Assembly (NCBI RefSeq): GCF_963676685.1
Contig: NC_092354.1
Coordinates: 21,576,001 to 21,640,000, forward strand
DNA: 64,000 bases
Direction of reading: 5' to 3'
DNA from: Mytilus edulis
Lineage: Eukaryota
Below the pieces are notes generated by a model that saw nothing but the letters and a program-made list of their open reading frames with translations, did not search any database and was not told the DNA's origin. How positions within the stretch are numbered: the stretch's first letter is position 1; every line of letters starts with the position of its first letter. Both the position numbers and the translations under genes were made by a program. This document shows, in pieces, positions 47,129-60,370 of the stretch.

Positions 47129-48406
47129 AAATCCATATCCGTACTATTATTTTGTCTTTGTCTTTTTCATTTTTAGCCATGGCGTTGTAACTTAATTTTC
47201 GATCTATGAGTTTGACTGTCCCTCTGGTATCTTTCGCCCATCTTCTGTAATAAAGTGTCTTCTCTGAATAGAATAGATTCAATAGACCCGTGTGAATAAA
47301 CTTACTAGTATCATAGATCATGTAGATACCAGGATTGAAATTTCGTATGTATCCATAGTGTATTTTGATATCCTCATTTTTCACATTTTGTTTTGATTAC
47401 CTGGGGAAAAATTTGAAAAAGGGAACCATTAATAAATATTCATCCCGTAGTATGAATTTGATTAATGTTTATAATTCCGTTCTAAAGAATATGGCCATCA
47501 TAATGCACATTAATGTTCTCGGAATAAACAAGATTTGACATAAAACCAAATGAATGTATTCACAGTAAAAAGAAACATCAATTTGTACACCTCAAACGGA
47601 TTTTTGCGTAACGACGCGATAATCTGATCGTGTGTATTGCCAATATAAGTATTGGCATGATGAAGCACCAGTTTTTTTATTATACCTTTAACATATGAGA
47701 ATTTGAGTAAAAAACGGAGAACATGAATTTGACAGCAAATGCATTACCTCTAGAATAATACAAAATATCGTAATCAGCACACAGGTTATTGCGTATTGGA
47801 CATTAGTAAAACAGGCAATTGTAAAAGAGGATTTTTGAATTAGGTACTGGACATGAGCTATACTAAATTGATCCTGTAATTCCTACACCATTCTGTACCT
47901 CAAACAGTCGTATAAAACAACGTCTTCATTATCTTCTTGTTTAATTCAAAATAAGGGATTAGATAGGAAATTGAAAAATCATGCGATACTTGATTCAACA
48001 AACCCATTTCAACATAAAACTGAGTCTTCTTACTACATTTCTTTTCTTAAATCCTGATTTGTGTTTTTTATGCCTGATGTATCAATGTATTGAAATCAAA
48101 TACATCTTGAATGTCAAAACATTGATAAAATCATTCAACCCAGTGTGATTGGTTTTAAAACAAATTAGTTTAATTTCTGGATTAACAAATATAAATAGAA
48201 TCAGGGTTTTCAATTATTTCAAACTGGTAACAAAACAAACAAAACAGAATTATTTCATTATATATTGTTATACTTCCAAACTAAAACCTCTAATTTCCGA
48301 ATCAAAGCATACTAGTACTACTGAATTATACAGTGCTTTTAATTTCGAATATGTTATGGTTTTTTTTTTAGATGATTAATTATACCCCACCATTCAAAAG
48401 TAGCTA

Positions 48407-48583
48407 CAGTGAAACCTGACTAAACCAAACCCTTTCGGGACTTGAGATTTTGTTCGGTTTTGGCAGGTATTCGGTTTCATCAGGTTCACAATGCATAAAA
48501 TGTGATATGATTGGTCTTCAGAACAAGTTTGGATTAGACAGGTTTCCGGTTTATTCAGGGTTCGGTTTAATCAGGTGTCACTG
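48407..48583. mobile_element. 177-bp MITE copy
   Basis: Same TIR and TA TSD. Confidence 0.9.
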
Positions 48584-49977
48584 TATATTAAAAACCCATG
48601 TCTCATTGAAAAAAATTAAATCAAAGGTGACATAACAACAAACCCGAATTCCGAAAACGGAAAGTCCCTAATCAAATAAAAAAAAAACAAGCTGGAACAC
48701 ATCAAACGAATGGATAACAACTGTTACTTTCCTGACGTTTACCACTTTCAAAAGAATAATTTTCAAACCAAACACAGAATTAGAGTCACGACTACATTTC
48801 TTGTTTTTTTTTGTTGGTAAAGAAAACAGCTTGTTACTGTCTATGATGAATATTGATGGACAACCCGGGTCTTTATTTAAAGTTGTTTATTTTTTTTTTT
48901 ATAGAAGATAGGTTTGATTGTGTTTATCTGTAACATCACACACTTTTAAAGGTGTAGACCTTATTTCAGGGAGATAACTCTTTAAATCTGCGATGCGTTT
49001 GTAAAAGTCAGGTTTTATCAATATATTATAAGCATTTACCTGAAACAGATTGAAAATAATCTATGTAACCTAGAAGCTTAGAACATATTTAGGAAAATGG
49101 TTGACACAAACGTGCAGTTATTTCCCTAAACTTAGGTGTACCTCCTTAAATAACCAGTTATTCAGTATACACCACATGTGTCATGTCATACTTAGATTAA
49201 TGAAAATCTTCAAGTGGTGCAAAGTTGAATTTGGTTGAGTTTTAATAGATTGAGCACATTGACCTCCAACATGGCGACAAAAGGAAAAAACTCTAGCTGA
49301 AATCGCGTCCAAGGATTTTTTTTATTTAAAAACTGACCAGTTAAAGATTGACAGAAAACACCACAACAAAGAGAGGAAACGAGGAACCGATAGACAATTG
49401 TCCACATGATGAAAAAAAGTATGTGCAACAGAACTCAATAATCAGAAAATAAACAAATGCTGACAATTTCAATGGTTATAGAATGCGCCAGTAGTAGTTC
49501 TCTTTCGTGGCATTTAATGAATTTTGCTTTTGTTTTTTCAATTTGTCCTTTTCAGCGGGTGAATGTTAATTTTCTTTTGCGTTAACACTTAACTGGCACG
49601 TGTATGTGTACAACTAGTAATTAAAAACCAAACAAAAAGCTAATAACAATGCTCTATTGTTCATCTAGATAAAAAAAAACGTAGACGATCCAGAAATTCG
49701 AAATTGATCAAAAAGGTCCATTGAAACTTATTGATTAAGATGGTGATCTTATTTTTAATTTGAATTTTATTTGATAGCTTCCATATGAAGATATGTTATT
49801 TCATGATGTTTACGTATATTTGTATCGAAAATTATATCGAATTCAAGGAAGAAAAATTTCATCCTCAGAAAGCTGTTAAACGAATACAGAAGGAAATCAT
49901 TTCAAATTTGTTCAAATTGGTTCATTATTATAAACGTTTTCATTTTATTTTGTTGAATAAACTATAAACTCACAAAG

Positions 49978-50274
49978 ATGAATTTTATGTTAGGAACTGT
50001 ACTGCTTTTTGGAACTTCACTCGTGACATCTCGGTGTGAAACTAAAGAGAAACTATTTAGCAGAAATTCTGGTTTTAGAATTAAAGAGTCTTTGACATTT
50101 CGGGAAGCAGTTGTATTCAACATGGAAGATTGTGTTGTTTACTGTATGCAGACAACTTTATGTGTGTCTGCCAATTACAAACTTGACAGTAACGTCTGTG
50201 AACTATCGAGGATCCATCCTAATGACCCGAGTTTCGAATTACGTACGAGACCAAATTGGAGTTATTTCTACTAA
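49978..50274 (+). CDS. Small secreted PAN/apple-domain protein, paralog 2 (98 aa)
   Basis: Same architecture as paralog 1; C-terminal half nearly identical to it. Confidence 0.85.
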   Translation: MNFMLGTVLLFGTSLVTSRCETKEKLFSRNSGFRIKESLTFREAVVFNMEDCVVYCMQTTLCVSANYKLDSNVCELSRIHPNDPSFELRTRPNWSYFY

Positions 50275-53200
50275 GATGTCATATTCAGGAAGGTTTACAT
50301 GTGTATCTTTATGAGAATACCTCTTTTTGTCTCTAATTTTTCTATTATAGATAAGTTAACCAGTGCGACTAAGTGTCCTGAAACATATACACTCAGTGTA
50401 TTTAGCTATTATCTCTTTTTATTCACGGTATGTTACATTTTAAAGGAATAAATATCTGATTTATGCCTATTCTTCTCGTCATCTGATTGGGATTTATGTT
50501 CACTCTTCCTTTTCCAATGTGTAAAAGAACACTTCATAACGTGCATATATGAAACAAGATTGAACCTTAACCGAGTATTTTCATAGTAAAACAAACCACC
50601 AATCAGGACATCTCCAATGGATTTAGTGTAAAGCCACTATGAACCGTCTATGAACATCATGATCTTGTGCAATGCCAATAGAGTATATACAGTATGCAGG
50701 GCCATAGAGTATCTACAGTATGCAGGACAATAGATTTTGGTTCTGCAAAAATATATGTGTCACTATTTATTGTTAACTGTTCACAAATTCCTCCATGGAC
50801 AGTACGCGTCTGTACTTTTGCAAAGAGGTGTAAAATTTCAAAAGAGAGACCAAAGATACCAAAGGAACAACCAAACTCAAAGGTCGAAAACAAACCGACA
50901 CAGCCATAGCGAAAAACGAAAGCCGCTAATAAGACAAACAGCAGTCTATATAATACAAAATCGAAAACTAAAAACTTAGCAACACATGTTTAGTTATGTA
51001 TAACATTTTGTAAATATTAGACACGAATCGATAACGGCTCCGAATTTGGATATTTTGTAAAACATTGGCGATTTCTGTGAAAAGAGATTGTTTCAAAGAC
51101 AAATTTAGGAATTACAAAACACTTCATGTATACGTCATATCACAAATATTTCGGACGTTGATTTGTGACTGAATGATATTGGTGTCTTTCTTTAGTAGTA
51201 TGGAAGATTAAAGTTAAAAGCAATAAAGATCTAACTAGGATACTATAGAGTAATAAATTTTAATATAAGTCTTTAAAAAATTGATAAGTTCGTATATATT
51301 ATATGTTAACTATACAAGGACTATAAAAGTAGGACGAAAGATACCAGAGGGACAGTCAAACTCATAAATCGAAAATAAACTGACAACGCCTTGGCTAAAA
51401 ATGAAAAAGACAAACAGACAAACAATAGTACACATGACACAACATATAAAACTAAAGAATAAACAACACCAGCCCCATCGAAAACTAGGGGTGATCTTAG
51501 GTGCTCTGGAAGGGTAAGCAGATCCTTCTCCACAGCATTATAAACTACCTGTACAAAGTCAGGAATATGACAAATGCTATTCATTCGTTTGATGTGTCTC
51601 AGCTTTTAATTTTGCCATTTGATTAGGGACTTTCCGTTTTGAATTTGGTATTTATGTAATTTTACTTTTATTCAGTAAAATTAGAAGTGCAATGTCAATG
51701 TAAATAATTGTGGAGAAGAATAATAACACGAGCAACACGACGGATGGCACATGTGGAGCAGGATCTGCTTACCCTTCCGGAGTACCTGAGACCACCCCCA
51801 GTTTTTGTTGGGGTTCGTTTTGCTTAGTCTTTTTTTTCTATGTCGTATCTTGTGTACTTTTACTTGTCTATTTATCTTATCTTTTTTAGCCATTGCGTTG
51901 TCAGTTTATCTTCGATCTTTGAGTTTGACTGTCCGTTTGTTATCTCTAGTCCCTGCTTTAGTTAAATATAATGTAATGTATTTTAAGAAAAACTCAATAA
52001 TTAATATAATTAAATCCCTCCCTCAATTATGGAGTGGGTTTGTAGGCCATATATTTTGAAACCCACCTATAGCCTTCCATCCGTATACATGAAAAAGAAA
52101 CGCGAATGTCTTAGTAAACAAAAAAAGATTGAGTGAAGAAGGTGAATTATTGTTTTTACAAAGCCAATAGCTTTTGAATTATTGGTTAAAATGGTCTCAA
52201 TTTTATCAACCTTTGTTAACATTTTGTTTTTCATTTAATTACGTTGTGTAGTTTTGTTGTATGATTTGTTTGTTTGTTTGTATGAGATCAAAAGAAAAAA
52301 AAATACCAACGGGAGATAACTCTGTGAAATCAGCCAAACGTTTTAATAACGTTGTGTTATAAAGGAAATATTAAGATTCTCAATGATCAAAATTAGTGTT
52401 TGTCAAACTGCTATATAACCAGTGTAATTTTTCTGATAAAACGGTTGGTTCAAATTTAAAAAAAAAAATTATATTTTTGTTAAAGGGTCAAAGTAAATAC
52501 TTTGTCAAAATTTTATGAAAATTAAACGACCCAAATTAATTTTAGTGAAAGTGTTGGGTACCACCTTGAATTCAGAAGTCTAACATATACTGACAATGCA
52601 ATTGCTTTTAAAAAATCAGACAAATAGTAGAACAAAAACACAAGATAAAAAAGTAAAGTTTTTGCAACATAGCCCTCTCCCCAAAAACAATTGCGGGCGA
52701 TCTAATGTTAGAAACCTTTACTTACTTAAAGCTCCGGAATTTCCTTTGTGGATTATTTGCTTCTGTACTTTTTGGCAAAGTAAAAAGACACAAAAGTCTG
52801 TTGACATTGACCATCTCAACTTGATTGACAAAACACACTGTGAAAAAATACATCTAACTTTCTGTAAATAGTGTCTTTTCTTGAAATTAAAAAGACCTCA
52901 TCATATAAATGTATAAATGTATGAGAATGTAACTACGTAGACTTTTAGTTAAAAATTGTATTGTTATCCTACCTAGGTCTGCATTGTCTATAAGACGTGT
53001 CACGGTACTTGTCTATCCCAAATTCATGTATTTGGTTTTGATGTTATATTTGTTATTCTCATGGGATTTTGTCTGTTGCTTGGTACGTTTCTGTGTGTGT
53101 TAAATTGTAGTGTTGTGTCGTTGTTCTCCTCTTATATTTAATGCGTTTCCCTCAGTTTTAGTTTGTTACCCCGATTTAGTTTTTTTGTCCATGGATTTAT

Positions 53201-53894
53201 GAGTTTGAACATCGGTATACTACTGTTGCCTTTATTTGTCACACCACCATACAACAGACTGTAAAATTCAGTTGATAATGGATAAATTCAATAAAACGGT
53301 AGAAAGCAAAAATAAATCAACTGACATAAAGACTAACTAAAGACACAAATCACCGCAGTGTACTCGCAGTTACTGAAAGCTAGTTCAAAGCCAATTATAA
53401 TTAATAAATAAATATGTTTAACTAGATAAAAGTGTACACTAAATTGGGTTTCTTAACTTAATAAAAACAAAACAAAAAGATAAAAGAAATATCAAAGCAC
53501 CATTGATTATCATAGTAGACTATCCAAATACCTTTATTGATCTTTTATTATGTTCTTTTGTGTTTTAGAAAATAATAATTATGACTATATAAATATATTC
53601 AAATCAAATTTAATCCAATTGATTTTATGAGGGGCATATTTAATTCTAGGATGAAAATAATCACAGAATTATTATGTTCGCCTACCCAGAATGCATAAGA
53701 AAACGAATATTGAGGGCAAAACTTTCAAATTGTAAATTGGTAAATCCACAAATAAAATAATCACAGAATGATTATATTCGCCTATCCAGAATGCAGCAGA
53801 AAACGAATACTGACGGCAAATATTTGTAATTGTAAATGAGTAAATTGATAAACAGTTTTATTTCGTTGATTTTGAAAGTTATAAAATTACAGAA

Positions 53895-54173
53895 ATGATG
53901 TTCGGAACAATAATAATTATTATTTGGATTGTGCTCATGCCGCCTCGTTGTGAAACAAATGAGAAAATATTCAACAAAATGTCTGGTTTAAAAATTCGTG
54001 AAGTTCATACAACACATGAAATAGTGGTTTCCATAATGGAAGATTGTTTTGTTTATTGTATTCAGACAACGTCGTGTGTTTCTGTTAATTACCAACCTGG
54101 CACAAATCGCTGTCAACTATCAATGTACCATCCTAGTGATCCAGGGGTTATAATAGTTCAAAGATCAAAATAG
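53895..54173 (+). CDS. PAN/apple paralog 3 (92 aa), truncated by TGG>TAG five codons before the ancestral stop
   Basis: AAA TAG ACT ATT TTC TAC TAA here versus AAA TGG ACT ATT TTC TAC TAA in the adjacent duplicate. Confidence 0.75.
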   Translation: MMFGTIIIIIWIVLMPPRCETNEKIFNKMSGLKIREVHTTHEIVVSIMEDCFVYCIQTTSCVSVNYQPGTNRCQLSMYHPSDPGVIIVQRSK

Positions 54174-54199
54174 ACTATTTTCTACTAAGACTTAATATC

Positions 54200-54900
54200 G
54201 TGTTTTTTTTGTTCATTGTATGCAGACAACGTCATGTGTTTCTGTTTATTACCAACCTGACAAAATCGCTGTCAACTATCAATGTATCATCCAAATGATC
54301 CTGGAGTTATAATAGTCCAGAGATCAAAATGGACTATTTTCTACTAAGACTTAATTTCGTGTTATTTTGGTTTATTGTATGTAGACACCGTCATGCCTTT
54401 CTGTTAAATACCAACCTGGCAATCATCGCTGTCAACTATCAACGTACCATCCTAATGATTCTGGAGTCATAATAGTTAAAGAGATCACAATGGACTATTT
54501 ACTACTAAGACTTTATATCGCAGATTGTGCTGTTTATTGCATGCATACGACATCATGTGTTTCTATAAATTACCAATCGACAAAAATCAGCCCTCAACTA
54601 TCAATGTACCATCCTAATGATCCAGTAGTTTATATCCAAGAATGTTTAAAAAATTTTGAATGTGTGTCTGTCTTAATAAAGTCTCGTTACATCATGCTCT
54701 ATTACAAAAGAGAGGAAAAAAACATTCAATTTCTGACATAAAATTTTAAACGCAAGTAACAACACATGATATTTTTGTGTCGATTATGGAGGATTGTTTA
54801 GTTTACTGTATACAGACAACATCATGTGTTTCTTCTAATGACCTGGGAGTTAAAATAGTTGAGAGAACCAAATGGACTATTTACTATTGAGACATAAATA
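54200..54900 (+). pseudogene. Tandem ~160-bp partial duplications of the PAN 3' half (3 copies) plus another degenerate copy at ~54680-54890
   Basis: Repeated tgtcaactatcaatgtaccatcctaatgat…ggactattttctactaagac with frameshifts. Confidence 0.8.
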
Positions 54901-56086
54901 TCGCGGAATGTTTAAAGAAGTTTGTATGGGTGTGGTTTATAAAGTCTCTTTTCTGTCTGTTAGACCTTCTATAGATTTTTTATTTTTTATTTTTTATTTC
55001 TGGCTCGCCTGCAATCTGTAGGTAAATTTTTCCTTTTTGATAAACGACAGATATGCTCTTTTTCTCGAATTTCCTTTAGCTGTCCAAATGATCTATCAAT
55101 TATCAAATAAACGCGTAAATGTTATGTACCCTTTTTCAATCATAGATTCTATTACGTCATAACACTTCCGGTATTAGATGAGATAGTACTGCGCAACTGC
55201 AACCTCAATGTGTTGCTAACTTTGCTATTGAGCGGACGTGGTTTGTCTCGATGCGCAACCTCTAACTAAGAATTCATTAAAGATATATTAAGTCAATGTG
55301 ATTGACTTGTACATATGAATTACACTTTAACTTCAACTTAACCAAGGTAAGTATCGTTAAATTTGGTAATTCATGTTATAGATATTCACCTTCATAATAA
55401 TTTTCTCTCTCAAACACAACCAATTTGCTCACAACTGTATAGTATCGGATATATCACCGAAAGCCGCAATACATTAATCATGTCTACGTATGCATCTTTT
55501 TTTAAATCATTTATTTAGTATAATCATTCATTGACCCTCTCTCCCAAACAACAGTAAATTGTTCACTACTGTTTATTATGGGTTACATCACCGAACACAA
55601 TGTATTGTTTTTAAAGTCACATGGTAAATGACGTAATTTGAATTATTTCCCTTGGTTGTTGTGTCATGCATGAGATTTATTTGCTTGATTTTCTTTTTTG
55701 AGTTACAATATGGCAAAATTTGTTACACATAAGTCAGATAAAAGATTTTAATTAGATCGTTGTGAAAATTTATAAATGCTTTAAGAAATTAGAATTGTTC
55801 AAAAACTTTTGTGTTGTTTAAAAATTAATTTCGACGAAGTGCTGATGGATTTTAGCACGTTGGCTTTAAATTTAGGGGAAGAGAAAGAACTCTTTCTTTC
55901 ATAGCGCAAATCGAAAAATGTACACAAAAAAGCGAAAATAATAAAAACCAACTTAACAGATATAAAAAAAAACGACGAACAGACAAATGACTGTCAATAA
56001 AACAGTCCACAAAAACAGTCCGAACAGTAATTTCTAGTTCTTGCTTTGGTTCTATTGGTTTCTCTATGGCAAACACGTATGTCCAT

Positions 56087-56230
56087 TTGGTACCCTACTA
56101 CTCCTAGAGGGTCACCACGTGGTATCCCACTCCTCCTAGAGGGTCAGCACGTGGTATTCTACTCCTCCTAGAGGGTCACCACGTGGTATCCTACTCCTCC
56201 TAGAGGGTCACCACGTGGTGTCCTCCTCCT
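56087..56230. repeat. ~31-34-bp minisatellite, 4 copies
   Basis: ctcctagagggtcaccacgtggtatcc units. Confidence 0.9.
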
Positions 56231-57311
56231 TCTTTTTTAATCTATTATTTCATTCTTACGGAAAATTTCGAAATTTCTCCTGTCTGATCAACATCCCTCA
56301 TAAAACAGGGGATAAACAGATACTAATAATGGTAATTATGTCCCGCTTCACTAGGCACCCGTAGTATGATTCATTGATGGCCAGTCGTCTTGATTGTATC
56401 TGTTTCTCTTCGACAAAACAATTGCCTTGTTTGGTATCCTTCGCCTCTTTATTTAAGAAGTTTACATTTGATTCTTATTGAAAATGTACAATACGATAAC
56501 ATTGATAGAATGTGAAGACTCTTGCAAAATAGAAAATTAATTGGTGAAATATTAAATAATACCATCATATATACCAGGATTGAAATTTTGTATTTGTGCC
56601 AGACACGCGCTTTGTCTACAAAAGACTCATCAGTGACCCTCAAATAAATGTTAAAAAGGCAACAAAAAAAAAGAAAGAAAGACAAAAAACCAAGTCAGGC
56701 GCCTCTGGCCTTTGTTAGTCTTGAATGATTTTTAATTTAAGTTTTTTGTGTATAATTTAGAGTTTAGTATGGCGTCCATTATCACTGAACTAGTATGATA
56801 TTTGTTTAGGGGCCAGCTGAAGGAAGCCTCCTGGTGCGGGAGTTTCTCGCTGCATTGAAGACCTATTGTTGACCTTCTGCTGTTGTATTTTTTATGGTCG
56901 GGTTGGTGTCCCTTTGACACATTCCCCATTTCCATTCTCAATTTTGAAATAAAGTACGAAGTTGAAGAGCTTTAAGGACCAAAAATTCCTAAATATTTTC
57001 TAAATACAGCTTACGTAATATATTCCTATGTAGGAAAGCCTAAGTATTTCGAAAATTCAAATATAAAAAAAGAAAATGTGTTTTGATTGCCAATGAAACA
57101 ACTTCCACAAAAGACCAAATGACACAGAAATTATCAACTATAGGCCACCATATGGCCTTTAACAATGAACAAAGTCCGTACCGAAATGTCAACTAAAAAA
57201 GGCCCCAAAATTACGATGTAAAACAATCTCCTGTGGCAGGGTTAAACATGTTAGTAGGGACCCAGTAATATATAATAAGAAGTGCTGCCTACTGGGATCG
57301 TGATATATAAT

Positions 57312-57521
57312 NNNNNNNNNNNNNNNNNNNNNNNNNNNNNNNNNNNNNNNNNNNNNNNNNNNNNNNNNNNNNNNNNNNNNNNNNNNNNNNNNNNNNNNNN
57401 NNNNNNNNNNNNNNNNNNNNNNNNNNNNNNNNNNNNNNNNNNNNNNNNNNNNNNNNNNNNNNNNNNNNNNNNNNNNNNNNNNNNNNNNNNNNNNNNNNNN
57501 NNNNNNNNNNNNNNNNNNNNN
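57312..57521. other. Assembly gap (210 N)
   Basis: Run of N. Confidence 1.
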
Positions 57522-57971
57522 ATTTTTTTTACCTTCTTTTAAAGAGAATGTGAGTTTCTTTCGATTTAATTTATCCTTTACTGATTTTGTTGGCCTGTAT
57601 GATCCTTTATATATTTAATTATCTAAAAGCAAACAAATCGAAAAAACTATGGAATATAAAAGTAGACTATTCAAATATTAAATTTTCCATAAAATATTGA
57701 TTAAGACTATATTATAATATTGCATTGAAATTCAATTGCTTCAATTGCTTCAATGTGTTGTTTTATATATTTACATATATGTAATAAGGATGATATGAAT
57801 AAAAATTCACCATGTATACCAGGATTAAAATTTTGTAAGCCAGGTACATGTTGAATTATAGAGAGAATAATCACATGAGTTTTTAACCAACAAAAAAAGG
57901 CAGCGAAACGAATACCGAAAGAAAACATTTTTCCTCTGTTTTAAGATTATTTATCTTATTGAGTTAGAGAC

Positions 57972-58271
57972 ATGAACTTGGTATTCGGAATTATAATTAC
58001 TTTTGGGACTATTCTCATGATTCATAGTTTTGAAACAAAAGAGAAAATATTCACGAAAAGTTTTCATTCTGATACTAAAATCCGGGCAGGTTTCACATTT
58101 TATGAGCCATATGTATCCAGGATAGAGGATTGTTTAGTGTACTGTATGGCGACACCATGTGTTACTGTTAATTACCAACCTGGCAATAAACGGTGTGAAT
58201 TATCAACGTACCATCCTGATGACCTGGGAAACATATTAAATCAGAAACCCCCTTGGACAATGTACTGCTGA
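57972..58271 (+). CDS. Small secreted PAN/apple-domain protein, paralog 4 (99 aa)
   Basis: Signal peptide, ETKEKIF motif, EDCLVYC…CVTVNY…RCELS. Confidence 0.85.
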   Translation: MNLVFGIIITFGTILMIHSFETKEKIFTKSFHSDTKIRAGFTFYEPYVSRIEDCLVYCMATPCVTVNYQPGNKRCELSTYHPDDLGNILNQKPPWTMYC

Positions 58272-58329
58272 AATTGGGTTTCGATGAACTTGCAGAATCT
58301 TAAAAATGTGTCATTATACTTATCGGTCA

Positions 58330-58580
58330 ACTTCATGACATGTGTTTTTGTTATTTACAAACATTACAATAAACGGTGTGAATTATCAACATACCATCCT
58401 AATGACCCGGGATACATATTAAATCAGAAACCACCTGGACAATGTACTGTTAAAATCCGAATCGATGAACTTGCAGAATCTTAAAAATGTGTTATATTAC
58501 TGTATCAGACAACATTATGTGTTTCTGTTAACTTTTCAATAACCGCTGTTCATTATCAACTAATCAGTCTTATAACCCGG
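58330..58580 (+). pseudogene. Partial tandem duplicate(s) of the paralog 4 3' end
   Basis: 58367-58500 repeats 58185-58320; a further degenerate piece at ~58500-58580. Confidence 0.75.
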
Positions 58581-59507
58581 GATTTTTATCAAGGATATAT
58601 TCTTCTGACGTTTCAGTCTCGTTGACATTTCGTTTTGGAAATATTTCTAAAATATGTGATTCAACATGTTCAAGTTAAAAATATCATTAAAAATTTTAAA
58701 AAAAGTTTTAATTGAACTAAATTGTGTATAAACAATGAATAGTTTTTGAGTAATCAATTTTTCAAATTAAATTACCAATAAAGTCAGTCTTTTGGCCAAT
58801 ATTTCGAATAAAGGGGGTAGAAATTACAAGAAATTATTTTATCACAAACATGTACATCCCACATCCCTTTTCTCTTTTAAAATTTCTTATATATGTATTT
58901 TTAATCATTTATATGAAAGAAGTTGAAAAAATATGCATTCTGTTCTTAAATCTTTGCAAATTTACAAAATTGACAGCATGGTAAATTTGACACAAAAAAG
59001 CATAAAAATATGATAAAGCCTTTTTATATTAACATTTACCTAAAGTTTTTTTCAATTTGAATTTATTCAGATTTGTCCAGTTTATCTTTATTGAAAGTAT
59101 TAGAAAAAACGTTTAACTGTGGAACTGTAATTTTTTTCACATAATAGCCCATAAAATAGGTAAAAATTGATAAAAAATTTGAAACATCATTAAAATTTTG
59201 TACTTTCAAAGAGCCGGTGCAAGAAAAGAAGTGCACGACCATATAATTTCTTCTTCACAAATTATTTTTTAACAGTAAAATGAACCCAAAAATCGCGAAT
59301 ATAAATCGTCGCGAGTAAGTAAAACTTGGATCTTTCATTTTTAAACTTTATTAAGTAAATCAGAAAATCGCGAAATTAAATAGCCGTGAAATGGTCACAA
59401 AAGGGTTACACGCGAAATGAAGTATCTGCGAAAATAAATTGGTTTACAGTAATCAGATATTGTAATGGCAACAATCAGAATATGTAAACAGAGATGGGAA
59501 TGATAGA

Positions 59508-59782
59508 AGAGGGACGAAAGATACCAAAGGGACAGTCAAACTCATAAATCTAAAACAATCTGGCAATGCCATGGCTAAAAATGAAAAAGACAAACAGAAA
59601 AACAGAAAAACAATAGTACACATGACACAACATAGAAAACTAAAGAATAAACAATACGAACCCCACCAAAAACTAGGGGTGATCTCAGGTGCTCCGGAAG
59701 GATAAGCAGATCCTGCTCCACATGTGGCACCCGTCGTGTTGCTTATGTGATTACAAATCCGGTAATAGTCTAATTCGGTAGG
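59508..59782. repeat. Second abundant interspersed repeat (agagggacgaaagataccaaagggacagtcaaactc…)
   Basis: Copies near 4155, 18519, 41575, 47150, 51330 and 51730. Confidence 0.8.
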
Positions 59783-60307
59783 ATATGCACTGTTAATTAA
59801 GAATGATCGATTGGTGTTTTATGCCACTTGCAGCACTTTTTGCTACTTTAGATTAAGAAATTATTTAGATGTTTTTATTATTGTGAAAAATGCGACATGA
59901 TTATCATCAATGTTATTTCAACAGATCGGGCGGAGCTTATGTTTAATTTTCATAAGGACGGTCTATTTGAAGATGTGTGTGATAAGGATGATTGCCGTTA
60001 ATACTAATTGAATTCTAATCACTAATCAGTGTCACCAAAAGCATATACAAAATAACTGATTGTGGGCGAATAACTGGACACTTTATTCATGAGCTTATCC
60101 CTTACATCCCAGCTCCTTTGTTCTAACAGGGGTGATCTGAGCCGGATGACCCCTACCGGATGACGCCAGTTTGAGCTTCTTTGGTATGCATGCTTTCCTT
60201 TGTTCTGTAACATTTTGGCGGGAATGTCAAATCCACTATATAAACTTTTGATTAATTATACGGTAAAGACTATCTATCAAAATTCAAGTAGAAAAATTCC
60301 AGTGTAT

Positions 60308-60370
60308 ATGCTGGGATTCGAACTCAAGACCTTTAGCATATCAAGCCACGACACATACAACTACACGAAC
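60308..60370 (-). other. Degenerate tRNA-derived (SINE head-like) sequence
   Basis: Minus-strand B-box GAGTTCGAATCC with a T-arm-like context; no complete cloverleaf. Confidence 0.4.

Noticed and set aside
60308-60370. tRNA gene (also a tRNA-like stretch at ~9565-9615)
   Set aside because: Only the B-box/T-arm is recognisable, with no acceptor stem; treated as a SINE-like relic.
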